Positions 53,715 to 64,000 of a stretch of 64,000 bases of DNA are shown here, piece after piece; the first letter of the stretch is position 1, and each line of letters starts with the position of its first letter. Under the pieces are notes generated by a model. It did no database searches and had not been told where the DNA came from. It saw only the letters and a program-made list of their open reading frames with translations. Made by a program: the position numbers and the translations under genes. Source of the stretch: Octopus bimaculoides (taxonomy: Eukaryota); contig NC_068994.1 of the NCBI RefSeq assembly GCF_001194135.2, forward strand, positions 43,805,547 to 43,869,546. The letters are read 5' to 3'.

Positions 53715-55484
53715 GATAATTTCTCAATCATATGTAATATCACTAATTTGTTGGGAAGGATTGTAGGAAGGAAATGTATTACAATTTTCTTTTTATATAA
53801 AAACCAGTGAAAGCTTTTGATCTCACTTGTAGCCATCTCCAAAGACGAGGTGTTAAGCTAATGTCAGTAGCAGTGAGAAAATGTAAGAACCACAGTGAAT
53901 GGCATCACTTCTTTAATAACTTAAGCTGAAGGATGTGAAGGAGTGATTGATTGGCTTAAAGTAGGCTGTCGTGTTTGTGATTGACTGGTGTTTAGAGTAT
54001 TGATTACACTGATTGAACTTATCTATATTCAAAGGCATGCTGAGACAATGCTTTTTTTTTTTTTTAAGAAGGTAGGATGAAAGATGGGGGGGGGGGGGAG
54101 ATTTAGCTGCTATTTTTAGCAGAATTGTGCAGTTATGTAGTGACTCCTTCACTGACAATGTCATAAAGAGTAAAAGAAAAGTAATGTATAAAGGACTTTA
54201 ATCTATGTTCTTAATTTTTTAAATATTTCTATAAATTGCTAATTTTAATGTTTTAATGCTGGAAAATTTTATTTATATTTTGAGTATTTTTTTCATCAAT
54301 CATCTTTTACTTGTTTCACTCATTAGACTGCAGCCATACTGGGGCACTACCTTGAAGAATTTTAGTTCAACAACCTCAGTTCTTGTTTATTTATTTATTT
54401 ATTTATTTGTTGAAAACTCGGTTATATTTCTATCAGTCACTCTTGCCAAACCTTTAGGTTACAGGAATGTAAACACACCTACAATGGTTGTCAAGTGATG
54501 GTAGAGGACAAAACACANNNNNNNNNNNNNNNNNNNNNNNNNNNNNNNNNNNNNNNNNNNNNNNNNNNNNNNNNNNNNNNNNNNNNNNNNNNNNNNNNNN
54601 NNNNNNNNNNNNNNNNNNNNNNNNNNNNNNNNNNNNNNNNNNNNNNNNNNNNNNNNNNNNNNNNNNNNNNNNNNNNNNNNNNNNNNNNNNNNNNNNNNNN
54701 NNNNNNNNNNNNNNNNNNNNNNNNNNNNNNNNNNNNNNNNNNNNNNNNNNNNNNNNNNNNNNNNNNNNNNNNNNNNNNNNNNNNNNNNNNNNNNNNNNNN
54801 NNNNNNNNNNNNNNNNNNNNNNNNNNNNNNNNNNNNNNNNNNNNNNNNNNNNNNNNNNNNNNNNNNNNNNNNNNNNNNNNNNNNNNNNNNNNNNNNNNNN
54901 NNNNNNNNNNNNNNNNNNNNNNNNNNNNNNNNNNNNNNNNNNNNNNNNNNNNNNNNNNNNNNNNNNNNNNNNNNNNNNNNNNNNNNNNNNNNNNNNNNNN
55001 NNNNNNNNNNNNNNNNNNNNNNNNNNNNNNNNNNNNNNNNNNNNNNNNNNNNNNNNNNNNNNNNNNNNNNNNNNNNNNNNNNNNNNNNNNNNNNNNNNNN
55101 NNNNNNNNNNNNNNNNNNNNNNNNNNNNNNNNNNNNNNNNNNNNNNNNNNNNNNNNNNNNNNNNNNNNNNNNNNNNNNNNNNNNNNNNNNNNNNNNNNNN
55201 NNNNNNNNNNNNNNNNNNNNNNNNNNNNNNNNNNNNNNGGACGTAATTCAATACTGCAAGGAACTTAGTAACCACTATCTACCTCTTCTGTTTTCAACTA
55301 GTTTGTTCTAGATAGTTTATAAATTGATGTTTTCATGTTAAGGATTTTCTGTTCCGTTTCCAATGATAAATAGGGGAAGAGTTGTTCCCCTTTAAATATT
55401 TATTGATTTTCATGTGTGTGTGCGCGTGTGCGTGTACATGCTCGCACAAATATCTATCTATCTCTCTCTCTATCTATCTATCTC

Positions 55485-55519
<35 letters not shown>

Positions 55520-55728
55520 AACTAGCTAGCTAACTAGCTAGCTAGCTATCTATTTATCTGTCTATCTGTCTGCACTACAATCAAAGAATATGTGACATCA
55601 CCAACCAATCATTCTAACATTCCTGGAAGTGAAGTTAGTTTGAATGAATCAAGATTCTGTTTTGTATGGTACTTGTGCATGCACTCACACACACAGAATC
55701 ACATGTACACATATACATTCATATGCAT

Positions 55729-55765
<37 letters not shown>

Positions 55766-55917
55766 ATTCAACTTGGGGTTTCATTTCCATCAGCTTGCTT
55801 GAGTATCGCTTTCTTCTTGTGTTGTTATTCGCATAAACAAACTATTTAATATTAAAATTGGAATGTTTCTGTATAAAATATCCACATGTGATAAAAACAA
55901 AAAAAAAAGGAACTCAC

Positions 55918-55939
55918 TTAATCTGTCATAAACTCCTAA
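55918..55939 (-). CDS. Candidate 22-nt microexon (LGVYDRL)
   Basis: Long pyrimidine tract tatcttctgctacttgtcgttttggtacag| and donor |gtgagt. Phase 0 to 1, compatible with the phase-0 end of 63925-64000. Confidence 0.25.
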
Positions 55940-56292
55940 CTGTACCAAAACGACAAGTAGCAGAAGATACAAAATTATACACACAGCTAAGATTTATAGA
56001 GAAAGTAATCCTCTGGATGTTACCATGTCTGAGAATGCATCCACTTCTGAACTGTTTATATGACAATGTCTATATTTAAGTTCAAATCTTCCAATTATTA
56101 TTTTTTCCAAGAGCATTTTAATTTTAATAAGTTTCATGTATCAGTTTTGTAACTCAGAAATTACTGTATTTGCTCATATATAAGATATGCTCTCACATAA
56201 CCCCTTACAATTTTCATGGAAAGAAAGTTTATTTTGTGGAAAAAGCAAATTTAATATCTTTATCATCTTCATCATATTCAAACACATTATAA

Positions 56293-56405
56293 TGCACCTG
56301 AGCACATTGTTGTATGCCTGAGCCCTTTGTAGTGCATCTAAGTACATTGTAGTGCACCTGAGCACATCATAGTGCATCTGAGCACATCATAGTGCATCTG
56401 AGCAC
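56293..56405. repeat. About 20-bp minisatellite (TGCATCTGAGCACATCATAG), 5-6 units
   Basis: Direct reading. Confidence 0.85.
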
Positions 56406-56874
56406 TATATACAATAAGTTCATTATTATTTTTAGACTCTCAGTATCCCACCCATAATACAGTCACATTAGAAGCAAGACAATTTTTGTTACATTTAAGA
56501 ATAAAATAACCACATCTTATACACCAACATGGATGGTAGTTATTTTAGTCGATGCATCAAAATTCTTGATTATTTTCTAAATCGAAAGAAAATACATTGA
56601 CCATGTTTTTCGGTAAAAATAAAAGAATAAAAGCATTAAATATTTACAGTCCATTTGAGAATGTTTTAATGAAAATGAAGAGAAAAAAAATATAAAAGTT
56701 TTGAAGATGTACTTGTCTGGAGTAACTTTGCTTGAGATGGTGCATAGCTTGGAGAGCAAGGAGTCTCTCCAGACCATGCAACTACTTCTCTGCACTAAAG
56801 GCCCTACTCCAATACTACAGGCATGTAACTAGAATAGGAGAGTATTGTAGTTAACTTGAATCATTGTGCATTGT

Positions 56875-57224
56875 TTGTAAATAATAAAAAGTCTTGAATG
56901 GTACAACAATGCACTATAATACAAAAAATTGGATTATATTCCTGTTGTAATTTAGTTATCCATAGTCCAATGATATTTCAGAATACAATTCCTTCTTCAG
57001 ATATTCTTAGATGGAGTTGCTGCTATAATCTGTTTTCCAACGGCTTTTCTTTTTTCGGAAGCGTCTCAGCAATGGTAGCGACTCCATCTAAGAATATCTG
57101 ACGAAGGAATTGTATTCCGAAATATCATCGGACTATGGATAACTAAATTACAACAGGTATATAGTCCATCTTTTTGTATTATAGTGCATTGTTGTACCAT
57201 TCAAAACTTTTTCATTCTTTACAA
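56875..57224. mobile_element. Foldback element: about 147-bp inverted arms and a 55-bp spacer, hammerhead-like core in each arm
   Basis: 56875-57021 versus 57077-57224. The right arm reads CTGACGA(57098-57104)-a-ggaat/tgt/attcc-GAAA-TATC. Confidence 0.8.
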
Positions 57225-57249
57225 TTAGAATGTTGTAGGAAAGGATTGC

Positions 57250-57612
57250 AAGATAGATTCTTCAGACCAAAAACCAAACGGCAGAAGATCTAGAAATAAA
57301 CCCCTAGGTCACTCTTTGGAATTCAGCCAGAAAGTCTAATGGCAGTGGCTTCTGGCAGGACCCTATGGAGAAGCGACCCAAGAACTCGAATCCCACAACC
57401 ATTCCAGGAATACTCAGGATTAGTGAACAGAAAAGTTGGATGGATGGATGGATGGACAGACGGACAGGTGGCTAGCTGGCTGGATGGATGGACAGATGGA
57501 TGGCTGGCTAGACCGGTGGATGGATGGATGGACGGACAGACAGGTGGCTGGATGGATGGATGGATGGACAGATGGATGGCTGGCTAGACCGGTGGATGGA
57601 TGGATGGATACT
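57250..57612 (+). mobile_element. RTE-clade LINE 3' remnant with expanded (GATG)n tail
   Basis: [18 protein letters not shown]...PQP resembles an RTE C-terminus (LGIP.E.L..VA..R..W...PP.P). (GATG)n tails are known for Rex3/Expander-type RTEs. Confidence 0.6.
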
Positions 57613-58850
57613 TGGCTGGCAAGTGAGTAGATCTGAGACTGTGTTGAAATTTAAACAATTACAGCATAAAAGACACATATTGGCAATTCAAAAATGCACA
57701 AAGACTGTTATCTTCACTTAAACATTTATGATTTTTTGATGACAACGAATAACAGTAAATGCTTTTGTGAAGTTTACAGTTTTTGTGTCTTTTTCAATGG
57801 CTAATGTTTCTTCCATTCTGTAATTGTATAAGAAAAATAGTTTCTCTTGAAGAATTTTTTTTCTCTGTGATGGGGAAACTGCTATTTCTATTCATATTAC
57901 AGTTAATATGATACCATTAATTATTAATCAGTGTAAACAAATCAAAATTAACACCTAATTTTATTGATTTCTAACATCAATGTTTAATATTTTACTGTAT
58001 TGCTTGAATAAAATTTTCAAAGTTTTAGGAAACTTTATACGAAATGATACAAGGGAGGTAACTCTATTAGTCTTATATTGGAATAATGTCATGAAGGCAT
58101 AGTTAATGCGTGTGTTTCTATGCGCGCATGATGCGTGTGTGCGACTTTTAAATCTTACTCGTTTCAGTCAATGGACTGCGGCCATGCTGGAGCACCACCT
58201 CGAAAAGTTTAGTTGCATAAATCGACTCCAGTACTTATGTTATAACGCCTGGTACTTATTCTATCAGTCTCTTAGGCCGAGCCGCTAGGTTGTGGGTACG
58301 TAAACAAACCGATGTCAAACGGTTGTGGGGACCAACACAAGCACAAGGACACACACATACACATACACGCGCACATATATTTATATAAAACGAGCTTCTT
58401 TCTACCAAATCCACTCACAAGGCTTTGGTCGGTCCTGGGCTATCGTAGAAGACCCTTACCCAAGGTGGCACACAGTGGGACTGAACCCAGAGGCACATGA
58501 GTAGGAAAGAAACTTTTTCTTACCTCATAGCCACATCTGCTAAAAACATGGCTGTTTGATTAAGAAGCTTGCTTTTGAATTACATAGATCTGGGTTCAGT
58601 TCCACTGCATGACACCTGGGGCAAGTGCCTTCTACTATAGCCCTGGACTAACCAAACTCTTGTAACTGAAACTGGTAGATGGAAACTATGTAGAAGGGTA
58701 CTGTATTTATAAATACACATACACACACACACACACATATACAACGAGCTTCTTTCAGTTTCCGTCTACCAAATCCACTCACAAGGCTTTGGTTGGCCAG
58801 AGGCTATAGTAGAAGATATTTTCCCAAGGTACCACACAGCCACTCCAGCA

Positions 58851-58901
<51 letters not shown>

Positions 58902-58914
58902 AGAGAGAGAGAGA

Positions 58915-59312
58915 ATTCAAAGACAGGTGTCAAAGAGGGAGGTCCAGGAAGACATGGGATGAAGTATTGAAGGCTGACCTCAAAACGCTGACCCTTAAGA
59001 AAGAGATGACAGAGGCTCGAGATATGTGGCTCATTGTTGCATTCAAGAAGACCTGCCTTCCACAACATAAACGATATCCAAGGTGTTCCGTAAAAAAACA
59101 TTGGTGTCATGTAAAAAGTACTGGTGATGGTGCCATATAAAAGCACCCAGTACATTCTGTAAAATAATTGGTGATAGGAAGGGCCTCCAGCCGTAGAAAC
59201 CGAGCCAAAACATACTATGGAACCTGGGGCAGCCTCCCTGTCCTTACCAGCTCCCGTCAAACCGTCCAACCCATACCGCCATGAAAAACCGACGTTAAAT
59301 GGTGATGATGAT
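58915..59312 (+). mobile_element. RTE LINE 3' end: C-terminal coding sequence, 3'UTR and (GAT)n
   Basis: RGRSRKTWDEVLKADLKTLTLKKEMTEARDMW, followed by GGAAGGGC.TCCAGC.GTAGAAAC...CGTCCAACCCAT...GTTAAATGGTGATGATGAT. Confidence 0.75.
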
Positions 59313-61465
59313 GACATACACACACGTCTGTGTGTGTGTGTCGTTGTATTTGTCCCCCTCCACTGCTTTTACAACCGGTGTTGGTGTGTTTACTTCCCCG
59401 TAAGTCCACCATTCGTTTGGCAAAAGAGACGAATCGAATAAGTACCAGACATAAAAAAACGTATAAGTTCTGGAGTGATTTGTTAGACGAAAATCCTTCA
59501 AAGCGGTGCCCCAGCATGGCCACAGTTCAATGACTGAAACAAGTAAAAGATAAACGATAAGACACTATACCATTAACTGACCAACAAAAGGGTGATCAAC
59601 CAAAGAAAAGCCCCAAACCACACTAGCTAAAAACAATTTTACAATTTGTACTTAACAAAACCCTATATTTTACCATAAACAAGCAGACACGAGTTATTTC
59701 CCTTTATACCCTTTTTTGGCAATTATCGCTAATTTCTCTCTAGAATTTTTCTGGGATTTTACTAAGCTCCTGATATGTTTAAGGCAGGCACGTGCCGTGA
59801 GTAATTTTTCAAGGTAGGCAGTTGGTGACCTTTATGTAGTAAAACACACACAAAAAAAAAATAAGCGAAACACAGATGCACGACTGAGTTGGAGGCAGAT
59901 TTACTTCTGCCTTTATAACATGTAAAGAAAACGTTGCAGGAATGTACGCAACACGTGTACTGTAACGGTACTATGCATAGTTTTAATACTGAGATTGAAA
60001 GACAGGGGCGAATTATGCCTATGTAATCTACAAAACAATAAAATATTTTGCATTCTATGCATAATAATCAGAGTAACTTTCATAATTTTATTGAATTAGG
60101 TGCATATTTTGCCATAAAAGGAAAATGTTACTATCGATCTATTTCATTCAGAGTTGGCACTGTCTACCTTGCCTACCCAAAAATAATTATTCTTATCACC
60201 CCCCTTAATCTTTAATTCATAGTATTCTATTTTTTAAAAAAAGGGAAAAAAAAAACTATTGCAGCCAGTTGGTAGACGCACATGCACACATATTCCACCA
60301 TAACTTAATTCAAGTGAAGAACCCCAAGGGATCTTCCTTTGGTCAGCCAACCATCTAAAAATAGCAACAGAAAAAGATCCCTTAAAACACACTGTCTTGC
60401 CTTTAAGAGATAGGATACATTAAATAAATAAATTTTCCAATGATAAAACTCCTGTAATGACCAGATGGTCTAGGTTGAAATACTTTTGATCAATGATCTA
60501 CTCTGCTCAGTTCAGGCAACACTGACTCGGGGTTAAACAACAGCAACAAGTCTGGAAAACATTACAGGACTATGCAATCTGCTTGAAATAACAACAGAAT
60601 TTCCATCAATTCACACACTGCTGTCTTAAAAAGAGAAGGGATCCAGTTGCCAACAGTTTGTAGGCAAACATATGTATAATCATGTGTCTGTGAAGTGCTC
60701 AGCCACATGCATGTTAAAACCTCCAGCTATAGAAAATCTGCCTCAACAAATTTGCCTGACCCATGCAAGTATGGAAAAGTGAACCTTTAAACAATGATGA
60801 TGATGATGATCGTGATCATGATGGTGATGGTGGTGATGATGTAGATTTGTAAACTTTTGATAAAGATTTGTATAAATATGGAAACAATTTCCACAAGAAC
60901 ACATCTTCTGCCATCATACATAACCGTTTTCATTCATTCTTTCTCCAGTTCCATTAATATGAAGGCGTTAAGTTGAATTAGATATTTTATGTTGCAGAAA
61001 ATATTTCTTAATATCTAAGTAATAAGTTTACAATCTAGATGAAAGTCTGCTTTAAGTGTATCCTAAGATAAGCTCTAACTTTAACCCAACACTTTTGTCT
61101 AAGAAAATAAATGCACTATTTTCAAAAACCATTTAAAGAAAGATATTGAGTCTTGTTAGATGTGAAAGACATTAATTGCAATTATGTAGACAGAAGCCAT
61201 TTAAAGTAACATGTTTAGAAGTTTAGACTAATAACTTTATACTTCATAGACACTGTGCTTCGGTTGTGAAATTATGCTTATGTTCATATTCAATGATGAC
61301 CGTAAATATGTTGAAAATAACCAGGCCTTGAGCTCAAAACTAGAGCAAGCACTGTGTTTGTGTTGAGTGGCAGGAGGTTCAAACAAAACATATATATATA
61401 ATACAGTATATATCAGAGAATCTAAAACAAATATGAGGGTCTTAGGCCTGTCACAAGTGTACAGG

Positions 61466-61893
61466 CAGAGCCGGATTAAGACCCATTGAGGCCCTAAGCA
61501 TTTAAAAGATTTTGGTGCCCCCATAAAAGATTATGTAATTCAAAATATAAACAATAGCAAACCATAAAATAAATATTTTATTTTTCAAAACGAAAGAAAA
61601 CAGTAAGAAGGAAAATAATGTTTATTTTTGTATACTTCCACTTTATTTATATTTTGAAAAATTTCCTCCTACTTTTTTGAATTGCTAAGTCTTTGATCAG
61701 ATCCTCAAAATTAATCTTAGGTAACACATCTGCATCTATACTTAGCAGAGATAAAGGCATCCCGAATATTATTTTAGAAAGTTTGAAGTGATTTTTTTTG
61801 TGCTGTAAACCATTTACCATTTCTGTGGTGCCCCCTCCTTCCCTTAATGCCCTAAGTACATGCTTATTTTGCTTAATGGTGAATCCAGTGCTG
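61466..61893. mobile_element. hAT-type MITE with perfect 8-bp TSD
   Basis: TSD tgtacagg at 61458-61465 and 61894-61901. TIRs CAGAGCCGGATT / reverse complement CAGCACTGGATT (9/12). Confidence 0.85.
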
Positions 61894-63144
61894 TGTACAG
61901 GCTTAAAGCAGGTTTCTACCTTAATTTGAACCTAGGGTGTTTGTTTCCTATTAGGAAAGATTTCATGGTTGTGTGGTTAAGAACTGCGTTTTGCAACCAT
62001 ATAGCTTCAGGTTCAGTCCCAAGGCATGTGCTTTCCACTTTAGCTTCAGGCTGACCAATATCTTCTGAGTGAATTTGGTTGATGGAAACTCAGCAGAAGC
62101 TTGGACTCTCATTGTGTGTGTGTTTGTGTGTATTTGTATGTGTGTATTTGTTTGTGTGTGTGTATGTTTATGTGTGTGTGTGCATGTGTGTGTATGTTTG
62201 TGTGCATTTGTATGTGTACATACATTTGTGTGTCTGCGTGCATGTGTCTCTGTACGTTTGTGTGTGTGTGTGTATGGTTTATGTATGTATATCTTTCTGC
62301 CTGTGTTTGTCATTCCATCCCAACAGTTTCACAACCACTGTTGTTCTTTTTACATAACCTTAACTTAGCGCTTCAGCAAATGAGAACTATTTGAAAAATT
62401 ACCAGAGCTAATCCCAGTTTCCAAGGTGTATAAATGACCAAGAGCACAAGAATTCTACCTGCTCGAGCCAAACACCAGTTCATCACAAGATGACCGCCCC
62501 CTCTGGTGGATACCCATTTTCAGTTGAGTGGACCAGAGCAACATGAAAGGAAATGTTTTATTTAAACCATTATCATTTAAACCAGCCACATCGGGCCAAA
62601 ATATTCAGCCTGCTTTATGTCCAAACTGGCCAGATCTGGCCTCTCACACCTACCGTACAATGTCATTCTAAAAAATAAACAATCACATCGCCAAAAATCT
62701 TGAAGCTACAAGATAATTTATAATTAATTCAAAACAATGTTGGTAAATAAGCATTACATTTGACAAAATAATCTGAATATCGGAAGTGTTTAGAACATGA
62801 TACACAGCAATGTTTGGGAATTGAAACCATGACTTCATGATTGGGAGTTCAACACCTTAATCACTAAACCATGCACTTTCATATAGAACAAACTTAATGT
62901 ATATCTTTCATCTTTTATTTTACCTTTTACTTGTTTCATTCATTAGACTGCGGCCATGCTGGGGCATTGCCTTGAAGAATTTCAGTTAAATGAATCGACC
63001 CCCTGTATTTGTTATCTTTTTTGTAAAGTTTGGTACTTATTCTGTTGGTTCTTTTTAGCTGAATTGCTAAGTTACAGGGATGTAAACACACCAACATCGG
63101 TAGTAAAGCAGTGGTGGAAGACCACCACACATATATACACACAT

Positions 63145-63380
63145 AAGGTGGCGAGCTGGCAGAAACGTTAGCATGCCGGGCGAAATGCTTAGCGGTATTT
63201 CGTCTGCCGCTACGTTCTGAGTTCAAATTCCACCGAGGTCGACTTTGCCTTTCATCCTTTCGAGGTCGATTAAATAAGTACCAGTTACGCACTGGGGGTA
63301 GATCTAATCGACTTAATTTGTTTGTCTGTCCTTGTTTGTCCCCTCTGTGTGTAGCCCCTTGTGGGTAATAAAGAAATAAC
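63145..63380 (+). mobile_element. Young SINE-B head and core with an alternative 3' tail, nested in SINE-A
   Basis: Near-consensus head and core, then TTGTTTGTCCCCTCTGTGTGTAGCCCCTTGTGGGTAATAAAGAAATAA instead of the usual tail. Confidence 0.8.
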
Positions 63381-63924
63381 ACATATACACACATATTTTG
63401 TGTGTGTAGGTGGACACAAACTGTGTGGAAGATTTTGCGTGTGGTCATGCGTGTGTGTGTATTTGCGTGTGCATGTGTCTGTGTATGCATGTGTGTATGT
63501 GTGTGTTTTTTTTTTTGTTTTACTTGTGTTTGTTCTGCCACCACTTGACAAGTGGTGGTGGCTTGTTTACAACCTCGTAACTTAGCAGTTTAGTGAAAAA
63601 GATTGATAGAATAAGTATCAGTCTTAAAAAGAAAAGAGAAAAGAGAAAAAGTACTGGGAGAGATTTCTTTGACTAAACCCTTCAAGGCAGTGCCACATTA
63701 TGGCTGCAGTCCAATGAGTGAAACAAGATAAAAGATAAAAGATAAAAGACGACATATTCTAGATGTCTCTGCATCAAGGACCACCAATGTAACATCATTC
63801 TTTTTACATTCTTGTATCAAAAGTAAACATTCAAACATAAATAAAATGCATTCATTGAGATACAAAAACACAGTATGTTATCTGAAGTTTACATATCACA
63901 GATTAATAATAGAAATGAATTTAC

Positions 63925-64000
63925 CTGAGAAGCAGAAAGTCTTTTCCCAGGTGATGTTAATGACGTCCATTCAACAGGTAGCTCCTGCTCTGGACAGAAA
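63925..64000 (-). CDS. Candidate coding exon at the window edge ((FCPE)QELPVEWTSLTSPGKRLSASQ)
   Basis: Donor CAG|gtaaat, one open frame, GC-richer non-repeat sequence. The exon may instead start at 63989 after tttctgtccag|. Confidence 0.45.

Overview
AT-rich, repeat-saturated eukaryotic DNA with about 2.6 kb of N gaps. The SINE families look like those I recall from octopod cephalopods (Octopus sp.; inference, not database-checked). No complete gene is present, and almost all ORFs in the supplied track are translated microsatellites, SINEs or gaps. A few short exon candidates with strong splice sites suggest the window is mostly intron of a large minus-strand gene; the best are 13966-14116 and 63925-64000. 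The rest is four tRNA-headed SINE families, 3' remnants of R4/Dong-like and RTE LINEs, a decayed Penelope-like (PLE) RT, hAT and other MITEs, a Helitron-like element with internal 253-bp tandem units, and many microsatellites. The most striking structure is a 368-bp near-perfect palindrome (31535-31902). Each arm carries a complete, foldable type I hammerhead ribozyme, so there is one on each strand. Two other foldback elements (40730-41276, 56875-57224) also carry hammerhead-like cores, all pointing outward from the centre. Hammerheads in PLEs are a known phenomenon; their fold and activity here are predicted by eye and untested.
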